DNA of 64,000 nucleotides, taken from Botryllus schlosseri (lineage: Eukaryota). This document shows positions 23,407-37,005 of this stretch, piece by piece (position 1 is the first letter of the stretch; every line of letters starts with the position of its first letter). Under the pieces are notes generated by a model. The model did not search any database, had not been told where the DNA came from, and saw only the letters and a list, made by a program, of their open reading frames with translations. Where the stretch lies: assembly GCA_051294905.1 (NCBI GenBank), contig CM119382.1, positions 12,276,001-12,340,000 of the forward strand. The letters run 5' to 3'. The translations under genes and the position numbers were made by a program.

Positions 23407-25090
23407 GATATGAAGGCGCGACAATATGTTATAAGTGAATATTTTCTGCATGTCATCAAAATATAGCAATCCGGATGAAATGCACGCATCGCGTATCGTG
23501 CCGTGGGTGGTATAGGCATTACAGGCACCACACTAGGCAGGGATGTCAATCATACGGTCCCGGATGATTTCATTCGACCAGCGTAGCAATGCTGAGTACA
23601 TGAAAATATGCTTATATTATCCAGCACATTTCTATCAGAATTTGACATAAGAAATACTTCTCATCAAAACAGAAGATATCGAACATGCTCTCAGATAATG
23701 CTGCCATTTAACTCCAGTCACCATTAGTAACAAATTTGTGACATCAACACAAAATTTCGAGAGGGTTAAATATACACTTAGTTCAGAGTTTTCACGTCCA
23801 CACCATGCTTAACCGTCGTATACAAGAAATAATATAATGCAAATATCTGTAGTCACCTTGCTGTACAATTTCTGACTCAAAGGGTCCCGGCATCACAAAG
23901 CTATCTGTTCCCTTTTACCCATCAGATGTGCATTTTCAAAGTATGTCAGTTGCGGTAAAAATAATTTATTCGTCCTACCCCCTTTAGTTAGTGTGATGTG
24001 TTGGTTCAATGCGGTGATCTAATAACCTTTGTCATGCCGTGAATCAAAATGCTACCGTGGAAACCAGAATGGTGATTTTTATAAACCGAATTCAAAGAGT
24101 TCGCGTTTACATCTAAACCTCTCGAGGGGTTAACCCTGAGTAACCCTGTCTCGCGCTGTGATTTTCGAAATCAGTTATATCACCGAAACATAACATGCAA
24201 GGTAATCATACCTTTCGTTAGCCTGGGCGCAAAATTGGGGATGTTGATGACTAAAAATGCAAAATTGTCGTAAATCTTTGTTAATGAATTTGAAGTAGAG
24301 TATTTCCAGGCAGATAGTTTTACCATGAATTGTTATCGTGCTTCGCGCGACTATGTGCCCTTAGATTTCTTACTTGGAGTAACCCACCCGTAAAATTAAA
24401 AAATACGCCTATATTGTACAGAATCGAGTCTAATTGCTTTCACAATTACGAGAGAACGGAATATTCCCGGTGTCGCTCGAGGCCGTTATGTGATGCCTCA
24501 GTCTAGTGGTGTACAGCCCACGGGACTGGCATTTCGACGCCAGCCATCTCCTAGCCAGGACACACCATAGACATGAAAGTTTGACCCAAAATTATTGAAA
24601 CGTGTTGGACGAAACCCGTCATTGCATTCTGAGGCCCGCGGTACAAATGCGACACGCAATAAATGCAATATATGCAAGTAACGATACAATATTGACCGAA
24701 TTCATTTGTAAACTTGGAAATGTTTTTGCGCTTCACGCGGCTAGAACATGGATGCACACTTGCACAGTTGCACACCAGCACACTGATCATTCATAACATA
24801 AATGACAGCGAATTTTGGTGCTTACAAGTCCTGTGATCATCATGACCTAATCTAGCTCTAAACAACATGTCATCAATACTCAAGTGGCCCGAGCAATGGC
24901 TTGGGAAAACGCAAGTGGCCCGTTGACGAAAAAGGTTGGTCACCCCTGACAGTGCATACATTTTCAGCAGCATATAGCCATCATGTAGCCTACTTGTAGC
25001 AATGTGGGAATGGAAAATAAACGGACGGATATTGGCATATTTACATTCAATGAACTATTCGCACAGATATATAGACTATTGAGTTCTATA

Positions 25091-26022
25091 TAGGGATGTT
25101 GTGAGCCTCTGAAAGGTTCAGGTTCGAGTGAACGCGAACCTTCATATTGCTAATTCCAACCCTATATTTCAGTGAAGTGATATATATTAATGTACACGAT
25201 ACCTAGCGACGACTCGGGACACATAATATATTGCCACAATGCTGAAGTACATACTGACTTTTTAAACGTAGCCAAATGTATCAACCGGAGCAATCAAATG
25301 ATATATTAATCCCATAAAATCAATATTTTCCGTCGCTTTGCCAACAATATCAACGAGGACTTGCAAGGGAATATAGGTTTGTCCCTTAAGGGTCGACAAT
25401 GTATTTGGCGTCTGAGTGTTGCTACGTTGATATTGAGCAGATTGTGCTATGGGTTTTATCCCATTAACAAGTTCTACAGAAGTAGCCAACACCCCGATGG
25501 CACGGATTTTGTTTTTATGATACAATAAACATATGAAATCGAGATGGACTCCGTACGCTTGCTAGATTTTCCACATCAGACAACGATATCAATTTCATTG
25601 ATTGGTTGAATAAACATCATTCGCTGACTACCTACGTGTAGCGTATTTCGCTCTCGATGTTGTGTGATTGCGGGTCAAGCTCACAGCAGAGAGTCACTAA
25701 ATATTCACAAACAGAAAGTTGGATATTTCGAGCAAACTTTTGTAACAAAGCAGGTAAAATTCTTGAGATTTTCAAGGTGCATGCTCGATTGCTCGTTTAG
25801 TGTTGCTTTTTTATGCTGCCAGCGCCATGCATAGAGTGGCCTGCATCAGTTGAAATGCAATAAATTTCAACAAAAGATGGTAAAATGACGTGGAAATTGC
25901 AATATATGAATAAAGGTTCACAGTGCAGAACCTACCAAGGCTCGTTTGTGAACGTGAGCCTCTAAATTTCCTAGGTTCACATACAGAACGCGAACGCGAA
26001 CCTCACGTTCACACCATTCCTA
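25091..26022. mobile_element. hAT-like element with GAAC/GTTC subterminal repeats
   Basis: Ends TAGGGATG / CATTCCTA, GAACGCGAAC repeats at both ends, imperfect TSD; related fragments at ~40165-40250 and ~42260-42340. Confidence 0.5.
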
Positions 26023-27101
26023 GTCTATATATCCCTGGCACAAATGCTTTGAAACGAAAGTTCAAGTTCCTATATATGGTTATCCAGTTACATGTGACAC
26101 TGTCAGTGAGAGATTGTAACAGCATCGTCGTATTCATATACCGGTATAATCAGTGATACACGATATACTCCGCAACCACTGTATCCGTGTGCTGTGTCTA
26201 CATATGTCTATACCTAATAAAAAGGCATAATGCATAATCCAAAAACATATATCTTGATACACTTAAACAATTTTTCATCGAAATACCCGAGAACCGAGAG
26301 AAGCCGCGTTTTCTCAATTACAATGAAAAATTCCAGGCGTGAGATAAAGTAATTTGTACGTTCAGTCATTTCCACTTCGCGGAAGCGAATATCTCAGTTC
26401 TTGGAAAAGCCATGTCCGATAGAAATCTCTGAGCTCGTTTTGGAGAAAAAGGAATTAATTTTAACCTGCTTAAAATCCAAAATAACGCATTCAATCCAAC
26501 TGTGAGCGTGTTTACGAAAACAGAACTTGAACGGAGTTATGCGGCATCAGAGATCGTGTTTAGTTTGTGAGTCGTTACAACAACAATGAACTGTTACTCA
26601 CGTTGTAATCACGATGGCGGACATCCGACTTTGACAAAATACATGTCGGGATAATTGCAGTCCTGAACTTTTCAAATGACAATTCAGGCGAATATGATTC
26701 GCAATTTACAATCTGTTGCTACGTATATCTTATCCAGATATGAGGGCAGGGGTCGCTATGTATCTGACACGCTCAAAGCAAAATGCATTTTTGGATGTAG
26801 CGGTATTGATTACGCCGTTTCGGACATCATTTCTGATCTGTCGCCGGCGACCTACATTTATCATTTCACTTTCGCCCAATTTTAGTACTCGATATTGCGA
26901 TGTCTCAAATGAACCTCGACAGCACCAGCGAATCATGGCCTAAGGCACACATACGTCAATTCCTGGAAAATTTCGGTCGACTTTCGCGCAAAAATAGCGT
27001 TGCCTATTTCGCTTCCACGCCGGTCGTCATTGTGAATCAGAACAGGGGTATGGTAACTGCTCGGTGATTTTTCTCGGATCTAGATTTCTCAAGAAGAGAA
27101 G

Positions 27102-30100
27102 ATGCCCGAAGATCAAAAGGTTAGCAGGGTTTTTGTCACTTCTTATCTAATGAGTCGAAATGACGCGCATATTGGGTATTTTATGACTGTTGGTATTACT
27201 GGGTTAGATCAAGTGATTCGTAGGTGACATTTTGGTACATGTGAGCGGCAATGGTGATTTCATCCCGGACACTCCTCAAGTGAAAGGAACAGGTAGCAAT
27301 AGCGAAGTGCCAATTTGAACTGGAGGCCTGGAGCGTTCGCGCTTTAATTAGCGACTCACGACAAATTAGGTCGGCATGTATTCAGTGCGATGACATTACT
27401 AGCATAGCTATATCATAAATATCATTGGTCAGGTAGGCCTACCTCACGCTACTGGATGCGGACTCAATGTGGCTATATTGATTGACCCACAATCCAGCAT
27501 CAGTCTTATTGCACAGTCGGGAAAGGCATATTGATCATCGATTTTCTGACTGTTGTCTCAATTGGCAGCTGGCGATTCTAATATCGCTTGTGGAAGTTCA
27601 AATAGTACAAGAACAAATGGGTTTTACAGTGCTCGGAGCCGGTATGAAGCGTGATTTCGTACCCCTTTGCACTATGCACCGATCCAATATATAGTAAAAA
27701 AAGTTAATGACATATAACTATGTCGTTAATACTGCAATGTCGTTAATACCTGGACTTGACATGTGCAAGGTTCACATAGATCTCAATGGCGATGAAATTC
27801 AAACTAAGGGATATCGGAGCTATATATTATTTTATGTTCAGAAGGGTTCATATTGATACCCCGTTTCAATACAAAGTAAGGGAATGAATGTTGTGATAGG
27901 TTATCGTTAAATACGGGTAAACGCTATTTTATAAATATTTGCATGATCGCCTTATTTCAAGAAAAGTAAGATATCCTACACTACTACATGCCCTCTTTTT
28001 TCCCAACAAAAACAAAGCTCTCTTTATTCAGCGCGCCATTGGTAGCAAAATGATCCGCGTTAGGTGGATTAAATATGCAAGTTCGAAAACAAATGATATA
28101 TTTTTATCCCGGGTGACGTATTCCAACACAATCAGCCATCATAGTATAGTCAATAGTCATGCATCAGCTATACGTGTATATTTGTAAATCACGGAAAGGT
28201 TGAATGGCAGTGCATATAAATGTGATGCAGACGGGCTGAGATTCTTCTTTCTTATTCGCAATATAATCATTTGTGAACGTCGCTAACTTTCGTAATCACC
28301 ATTTTAGCAATACTTCAAATACCGGCACCAATACTCGGGGCAACCGCGTCGTCAAGTGATTCCGTCAGGCGAGTCCCGTCTAATTGTAGTCACTATTGGT
28401 TACAACACACGTCCGGGTAACGTATAAATTCCTGAAATATCGAATGAAAAGTACGAATCGTACACGAAATACTAGTTGCAGGCATCATAATAAGGAAAAT
28501 CGGCCTGGTGTAAATGACTATGAATACTAAGACAACAACAACAACAACAACAACTAGTTGTGCTGCTCCCAGATATAGAACAGAGGAATCCATTCGGAAT
28601 AATCAGGGAAACGAAAGCTGCGTAGTGATGCTTGCCTGATGGTCACCACCAGCACCACCACATGACTACGTCTGCGAGCTAATGCGTGTCGCGATAGCGT
28701 ATAGCGGTATAATCCTCAGCTACCACACCAATGGGTTGAGGGTTCGTGTCCGACTGAGGTCGACTCCATAATTCCTACCTAAGAGCTGGGCTCCTACTCG
28801 CCATATCATCCGTGTCCGCGATGTCTTACAAAAAGCCGGAAGTGGGCCGTGCTACAAGTCGGCAGTTACGGAATCAAAAAGTACGAATATCGGCCTGGTG
28901 TAAATGACCAATATGACCATTGTAGTCGGCAAACACCACGAATACCACAAGCAACAACAACTACGAGCTAACCTACCAGACAGATTACGAATATCTAATA
29001 ATAATAGATGCCATGCTTTCGTGTCGAGAATCTGTCGTGGTCACTGATCGGCAAGCTAGGTCACCCAGCTATGGTTAAAGATAAACTGGTGGCCATAACA
29101 AGAATTCATAAGTGTGGTATGCGCATGCGCATTCATGACTCATTTGCTACTTCTAATCCAACCCAGCGTATGAATGCCACCTATGCGTCCAGTCGGTCAT
29201 AATTGCTAGCAAAACACTCTGCCGTTCGCGACTCTGTGTACATGTCATTACAACGTCACACTGACAAAAATAATTTCCATATTTCGAATTTGATTGCCGC
29301 ATTTACTGACGTTCGATCCCGATGAGAGTCAGTCGAAAGGCTTCGAGAGGAATAAACTTGGTAATATGAACGTATTTTTTGCGGCAAAACACTCAGAGCA
29401 ATATAATGGGCTGGGGCGAAGTGTCGATGTAGAATGGGTGTAGTTGGTTAGGCATTATTTGCCGCTAATATTGTCTTATTTTTCCGGAAGAAATGATAAT
29501 TATAGCTGTTACTTTGACAATGTGAAGCAAGCTATTCAGCGCAAGCACGTAACTAAAATTTATTAATAAATGAGATCGTTATTGGTCCGGGCGTGAAAGC
29601 TGCGTTGACAATCGCTTACGCACAATTTACGCGGAAAACATAGAGGAAATTGCGTTATCGTTTTCAAGTCGATCCACGATTTTTGTCCCGCGCGCATTTG
29701 TCGCCCGTCGCCTTGGGCAGGCGATTTTCGCAGAAGTCTCCTGCGCAAATTAAAAACTTGTGTCTTCGCGTAAATTGCTTTTCGCGGCAGGAAATCACGT
29801 TTTCGCCAATCTCGCTCTCCTCGCAATGTCGTGAGGCGGGCGTGAAATTCTTGGGATTAATTGCAATCACGCTAATTTCGGGATCAACATCTCGCCGCCC
29901 GTTCTCAGAACACGGAATACTGGCAGAAGAGACGCAAAAACAACGAGGCCGCGAGACGGTCGAGAGAGAAGCGAAAGATGAATGATGTGATGTTGGAGAA
30001 GAAGGTCAGCTTGTTGACGGAAGAAAATAAAAGATTGAAGGCTATACTGCTGCAATTCAGGATGAAGTTCGGGGAGCTTGGGGATATATACACGCCTTTA

Positions 30101-33100
30101 TCAAGTAAGAATTTATCCAGATTAAAAACCGCAAATAATAAACTTTCGCGTGTAGGCCTATAGACTTAAAGCGCAGACAATACCAATGTGTCGCAAGCTT
30201 GCGTGACTCGAGTTCATATCCATGTCTGACTAGGACAACTAGATAATTCTAGTTTGTCTAATTAGATTAATTAAAGGACAATGCCGGTAATCTAATTCTA
30301 CTCTAAGTTGTGAAAGATTTCTTTGGTCCAATTCCAATTCTAATATAGTTTATAAAATGTGTCTATGCTATGATTTTAATTCTAATCTAATAATTGGTTT
30401 TCCCGAAAATGCTACAGAAGAACTGGTATCGTGCGAAACGAGCTAAGCTTGCGGTGCATACATTTACCATTTACCATTTACCATTATGAGAATGAGCTCT
30501 GGTTTGATATGAACTGAGCTTGATGTTAATTTCAAGTTTTCGCTACTTCAGCAATTCTAATTCTAATCTAATTAAAAGATGGCGTAGCTATAATTCTAAT
30601 TCTAATCTAATTTTGAAAAGCTGAAAATTATCTGGTTATCCAACACTGATCCATGCCTGTCTTTGCAAATGTGCTATCATAATCCATTATGGCCATTACT
30701 ACCAGTGCACTTGGTGGCGTAGATTGGGGAAGGAGAGAGGCGGCCAATCCTAACATACTGTTGCGAGATCAGCGACCTTTTAGTCATGCGGTGGTTATAT
30801 ATTATACGATGTCGCTAAAATACACGCTGTCATTTATGCTATGAGTAAATTATTACAATTTAATAGCGTTATGACTTTCGGAGTGCAGGCCATCAAGGTC
30901 GGATACCTGAATGTTGTTAGAGACGGTGAATTGCCCCGATCCTCCTATGCATTAGTGGCGGGTAACCTTCTGCCCGCGGGCAACACGAGGCCTCTTACAT
31001 TTTCATGATGCCACGCGACGCAAATTTGTAATATCATACAACATAGCAGAAATATGTTTGTATAGATTTCACCACGAAATAAATGAGATTTATCGGTGAT
31101 GTTTAATCAATTTCTCCCTATAAAACTTGATGGCGTCAATCTGTCGTTCAGCCCTACACGCATTCATCCATTTGCTATATTACTGACGCAATACCACCCT
31201 TAGATTGCTGATCATCTTAGGGATACATAGAGACGGTCAGTATAGGCCTACCGAAGTAGGTACACTTTTTCGGAGTACCCAGTAGATTTTGCCTATACTT
31301 GTGCTACCTTATCAAGTGGCTATTATTTCAGACTAAACTATTTCGTCCTAATAGTTTAGGGTTTTTAGGCAAAACTAGAAGACTTACTTGGAAATCGCTG
31401 CTGCTACTCGAACTTGAGTAGAAATTTATAACCTGTTTGGGTTCGGGTTCGACTTTGCAAAATATTTCTCGCTTGAATGTAGCCTTATGACCACTCGACC
31501 AATCAACGATATAAAATTGCTTCTGATACTCGGAGTGAAATCGGGTGCAAGTTATGCTGCAATGAACTTTCGGAATCAGGCCTAATGTACAAGCCTGGAT
31601 TCAATCAATGCCGATTTGACGCGGCTATAGATTATGGTGTTTATGTTTAGTTTGAGTAAACATCGTTTGCTTCACACCAACGAAAGGATCATTCAGCCAT
31701 CCCAATTACCAATAAATGTAAATGCTTTGCATTCTTTTGTACGGAATTGAAAAATAATAATATAATGTGACCCGCAATTCATGCGGCTCACAGTAGCTGA
31801 CCAGTAACTATTTCAGGCACTATAATCGACCACAATACGGTGAGAATACGCACGAAGAGGCCCTTCATTCACACAATGAGAATGATATTTCCAGTTGATA
31901 CTTCATATATATGAGCAGCAAAGGTGCATATCTGAATCGCAAAATGAAACGTAGTGACGTGATACTGTGAAAAAGGGGTGATGGATGAAATTTCGACAAC
32001 GAACTACCGAGTCGCTGTATCTGTATTGTACCGTGACGCTGCTGAATATCTTATATTCGAACGTGATATCACACAAAACTGTGTTGCATATTCAGATCCG
32101 TTGGCGCTAACTCGAGATTTCTACGATCTCACCAAATACGACGATGATAGCAGTGACGGGACATCTGATATATCATCAATCACAAGTAGATCTAAAGGTT
32201 TGTATTTTGGCGAGTTCTTTTATGACTGGATAAATTCGACCAGCACGTAGAAAGTACTGCTCGGTAACTTGCGATGAACCAATACCGAATTCAAACTTAA
32301 GAAAGTACATTATCATCTTCTAATAGAGCATATGCGATAGGTGCCTTTCAACTGCTTGATTCGCGCTCGACCCAACATTGACCTATCTATGATAAACTGC
32401 AATATAATGAATTATTCAACTTGGATGACTTTTACTGTTACTTGTACTACTATACTTAAATCATCACAACTGTTAAGATATAGCCTACTCTGGTTCTTTG
32501 GATGCATGTAACGAATGATTCTTCTCAGAGCTTATGGATTCAACGTCTGCGTCACGTCTATTCACTTCAAAGGTCTTCACAAATGCCTCGGGAGATACCA
32601 GTGCGACTGTCCACGTGAACAAATTGCCAGGTACGGTGTTACAAATTGCATGTAAGTCGTCATGAAATGTAGCAGTTTACAACAAGGAGATGCAGAACAT
32701 TTGGCGTATGGTTGGCGTGAATTTCCTCTTCGTCAGTTAGGCAATATTCAAATTTGTGTGATCAAAGCAAATACCGATTCATACCCCATGGATTTATGCC
32801 AAGTCTTCGAAGGAATTGGGAATTCTCCGTCTTCAAAATGCTCTTACACGAAACTTGTCTTTTGTAGGACAGCTTTCAAACAGAACCAACAAGCTAACGG
32901 TGCTGGCATTGTTGTGGGGCCTATTAGGCGTAATTGTGGCGCTGGTGTTCCTAGTATAAACTCTCACATAACACCAAGGAGTCGCTAACACGGCTGACAA
33001 AGAATTGAATTATGAGAGGTGTACAAATACAAAATTATGCTTTTCGATACGGATGCATCACTGGCTGTGTAATTTGTAACGGGATAGGGGTCGGTTGAGT

Positions 33101-34465
33101 AATGATGACTTTCAATTCGCAAAAACCGCACGGATGTGCTGCATCGTTCTTTGAATGATTTCCTTACATTAATGGGGGATAATGAGAAATGAATGATTCA
33201 TTATATTGTTTTGGCGAATACTTTGGCGACTATTAACAGAAAATGTCATTGCAAGCATTCAAGAAAGATGAGAATGAGGGCCCGAATTCGCACCAACTGA
33301 CACAACTCTTTCGTGGGATTTCCTCATTACAATTTTAAACTGCCAGTTTAGTAATACGGGGATTGATTTACAGAAAGTAGCATACTTTTGTATATGAGCC
33401 ACAGGTTAACTGACAGGCACGATGTCATGCCATTAACGCACGCAGTAGTCGTCTATCCAAAACCTTCGCGCGCAACCGCGTGGGGTAAAACGACACCGTA
33501 CGGCCGGTAATACTTGACAACAACAAACGCCTGGGAATGCTCTTGGATAACGCTTTCGCCAAATGCTGTATCTACTTGTCTCAAAAACTTTTTGTTTCAA
33601 TTTAGGAAGTTCTCAGCTTCACGGAACGAAATTCTCATTTCAAGACATTCCTCACACGCAGGGAAGTTCAATATCGTCAAGCAGAATGGATGTACATGGG
33701 GACTTATCAACATCATCGAGACATCGCCTTCATTCGTTTCAACGAGATCCAACCGTGGAAAGTAGAATGAACAGCTTACATCATAGCTCAACCCTTTTCC
33801 GACGAGACTTGCTACTCTCTACATTAGGAAGCAACGACACGCTGTCAGAGGACATATTTTACAAAACCGACGTCGACAATACGAGATACGAGACAGAGAA
33901 AAAAAAGAGTGCCCCGTTGCTGTTAGCAGCAAAATTCGACGATGATATCACAAAGCAACACCCATTCAATAAACAATCTTCATTATTACATCTAAATAAC
34001 CACTTATCGCGCCACAAACAGCTTTCTCATTGCGACCGAAATGGCCATTCCGAAACAACCTTTTCTGTTATACCGCCACTGTCCATTCCGATGGAAACAT
34101 TCTTCAAAAATTTTCAAAGGAAGCCAAGAAAAGATTCTGAGGAAGGTGATTACTCACCGCGACATGCCACCATGCCAGTCAGTACGTCACCCTCAGCTAG
34201 TGAGGAATCCGATATTGCTCCGATGGACATACCCCCGCCTAATATAGCGAATCAAACGCAATCAAGGCTTTCCTCCCCAGTAAGCCAACTAAGCGACCCA
34301 CCCGCTGGGAAAGTGCGTCGGCTCGATGGCGTAGACACATCCATAAGCATTGAGGACGAACCTACTGCTCAATCCTCGCTTTCTGCAATGACATCGAATG
34401 ACGACCAACTGAAGATCATTCAGTTACCGCACAAATTGAGGCTAAAGAAGAATAGCAAAACTTGA
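27102..34465 (+). CDS. NFIL3: NFIL3/E4BP4/vrille-type bZIP repressor, at least 425 aa; CDS = join(27102..27119,29909..30104,32096..32197,32529..32630,33606..34465); further 5' coding possible (~26900-27048)
   Basis: MPEDQK|[55 protein letters not shown] matches the E4BP4 bZIP; C-terminal LPHKLRLK matches the E4BP4/vrille repression motif. Phases 0,1,1,1 are consistent; AATAAA at ~34735. Confidence 0.88.
28686..28962 (+). mobile_element. tRNA-derived SINE family 1
   Basis: A-box-like TAGCGTATAGCGG, B-box GGTTCGTGTCC (28741), body colinear with 41781-42036, (CAA)n tail. Confidence 0.75.
30226..30648. mobile_element. Degenerate hAT-like MITE with AATTCTAATCT repeats (NFIL3 intron)
   Basis: Right end TTATCCAACACTG; flanking ATCCATGT / ATCCATGC; left TIR degenerate. 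Confidence 0.5.
31228..31500. mobile_element. Degenerate Tol2-like AAGTA MITE (NFIL3 intron)
   Basis: TAGAGACGGTC ... GACCACTC ends and CTACTCGAACTTGAGTAGAAATTT, related to the 6040 element. Confidence 0.45.
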
Positions 34466-35004
34466 AAGGCTAAAATGTCGGGTCATACGCTGTCCCGGGT
34501 GCTCAGCACAGCGACGATGGTTCGTCAGGCGTGTCACGGCATCGCGCTGTAGTAGAAAAATGAAAACTTACTGATCAAACATGTTCCCTCTGTGGGCTTC
34601 AGAGTCTCGACGGATAGTACGGACTATTACGCTATATCTCAGTATAGCTCTATAAAAGATATCGTTACTTTACCGCAAGTTTAACTGGTAGTAATTATGG
34701 ATGTACAACGTGTGTTGTGCAACCATGCAGAAGAATAAACGGAAGTTAAACTTCGGCCGGAATTTTCCAGCATGGAGGCTTATCAGATTCTTGAAATCCT
34801 AATGTTAACTTGTACATCAGTAGCCTGCTGATACATTGAATACAGGAGTGTGTGTGCTGTGTGGGCGATGCAATCGGCTAGGACAGCATTGGCATACGGG
34901 TATACAGCTTATGGAAAAATCTGTAGAGATACATGAAATAACCATCATGGCCGAGACATTGAGGGAACTCGACCGATTACGAAACTTACCCCGATTTGCT
35001 TGAA

Positions 35005-35600
35005 TTCAATCAATCCACAAATCTAAATACCACAAGATCACGATTTATTGAAAATATAGGAGGGTGCCGAAAAGACTTGGAATAGTTTTTTAATCAGACA
35101 CACACCTTCGCCAAGAGCATTAAATAAGGCGTATGTACACTGTACAGTTGTACACTGGATTTAACAAAGGATAACATAAGATGAGGCGACGAAAATGAAT
35201 GCGGCATGGGTCGGTAGGCGAGGTCGATATCTCATATTGTGGTTTAGTAATCTTGGGCTAGTATATTCATTCAGCTGAAATTGCTTTTATTTCGACTTGA
35301 AAGTGGACACTGGACATGCTCGACTGTCGGATAGCCGGCGAGATACTGTTCCACACTTGAGATCCAGCATACTTCATAGAGGGATGCTGAGTTTCCTCGT
35401 ATTTCATTCTGATCATATGGTAGATAGACGAGGACGCACGAGTGTTGTATTCATGCGCTGTTGATTCCGTGGTGAAGTAGTTGTTTAAATTCCTGGGACA
35501 TTGCCCGCAATAGAGTTGATACTCGGCAATTTCTAGCTTCTGTGTTCTATATTCTACGTACGATTGTACAACGCATTTAGTCCCACTTTGCACCATCCAT
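35005..35600 (-). mobile_element. 5'-truncated CR1/L2-type LINE
   Basis: Minus ORF ...AHEYNTR...SMKYAGSQVWNSISPAIRQS resembles the 18660 copy; conserved 3' hairpin at ~35050-35110. Confidence 0.8.
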
Positions 35601-35777
35601 AAGTTATTGTAATATAGCTAGATCGATTTGACCATACTAGCGGACTCATGGCCAACAGTACAATTGTTCCACAATCTTCGTTTACTCGGTATCATCGCAC
35701 GAATACCACAAAAGTGACCTACCGAAAAGGTATATTTTTCTGAGCGAAAAGCACGCAGACTTCGTTAACGTTAGGAT

Positions 35778-36305
35778 TAGGGTTGCATTTCAAGCAAACG
35801 GTATTTTAAAACACTTTGTTTAAAACATGTTTTGAACGGTGTTTAAAACAAATTCCATATTGACAAACAATTTTTTTCAAACGTTGTACATGTGCAAATA
35901 CTTCCGAAGCACATGTAGTATGAGCCCTGTGGGGAGACTGCAACCCTCGAAATCGTCGTCGGTTCAACAGTTATAGCACGTAGATATAGATCATTGGTAC
36001 GGAACGAGTGTTCTGACGATGAAGACCGCTGACCCTAAATATATGCTGCTTAACGATGTAGTCCTGGTTAAAGATATTTTTGGTCTGTTTGTGGCAGTAG
36101 TCGGAAGCCCTTTTCGTTGAAGGAGCCATATTTACCGTATATTTTCAATTCTCAATGCCAATCCACTGCGACGCCACTATTACATATTCGTGACGTCATT
36201 GCTGAAACACAATAAAAATCATGTTAATAAAAATCATGTTTTGAACAGAGGCCGTGTTTTAAACATGTCTGTTTTAAATTGATTTCTGTTTTAAATGCAG
36301 TCCTA
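35778..36305. mobile_element. hAT MITE family Z (TAGGGTTGCATTT; AAAACA repeats), 528 bp
   Basis: Ends TAGGGTTGCATT / AATGCAGTCCTA; perfect TSD GTTAGGAT (35770-35777, 36306-36313). Confidence 0.85.
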
Positions 36306-36629
36306 GTTAGGATGTTTAGATCAAGATTCAGAGTTAGCAGAAGTTGCCAGACCAGATCGAAAATGACATAAGAATTAAACTGTAACGAAGATTTGGATCT
36401 TTAGCACTTGAGCACTGATTCTATAGAGAATTCCTGTCGTTGTAATATCAATGATACGAGTTCGCGGCTAATATGTGCGGTAATGCTGATTACAATATCT
36501 CGCATGACTATCCTTATTCTTGCGGACGAGGTTGATTCAATTTACAGCTTTCGCCGTTTCGTGCAGGGGGAGTTGGCGTAGTGGTGACACCCAGCGTCGG
36601 AAGTTTATCTGGTCTCCTCTTCCCCGGTG

Positions 36630-37005
36630 TAGCGACAAAAGAAGTCCAAAAAATGCGATTGTTTAAAAATGTCCTCGGAGGACGCCCAAATGTCCTCTTT
36701 TTGAGATTTTGTCCTCTTTTCTGAGAATTTCGGTTAAATAGAGGGCAAAATCCGACTGAGATACAGTAAATCAGCACTCAATTGACGCTGCAGCGGCTAT
36801 TTCGGGATCTGAGACGGAAAGTTTACCATTTTTTTAGTCAGCCAACGGATCATACGGAAGAAAAACCTATATTTCCGGTGTTGAGCCGGGAAGTTGACCT
36901 TTTTTTAGTCAACCGAACACGAAGTAGGAAAAATTTACCATTTTCAGGATTCAAAAATTTGGAAAAAGTGCCCCCTTTTCAGATATCCAAAATATGGTAA
37001 CCCTA
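36630..37005. mobile_element. hAT MITE family Y, one end missing
   Basis: Right end TATGGTAACCCTA at 37005; body matches 57647-58043. Confidence 0.7.

Noticed and set aside
29563-29985. Several overlapping ORFs upstream of the bZIP exon
   Set aside because: The bZIP frame has a stop at 29873-29875; the region is intronic and the MPEDQK exon at 27102-27119 supplies the expected residues.
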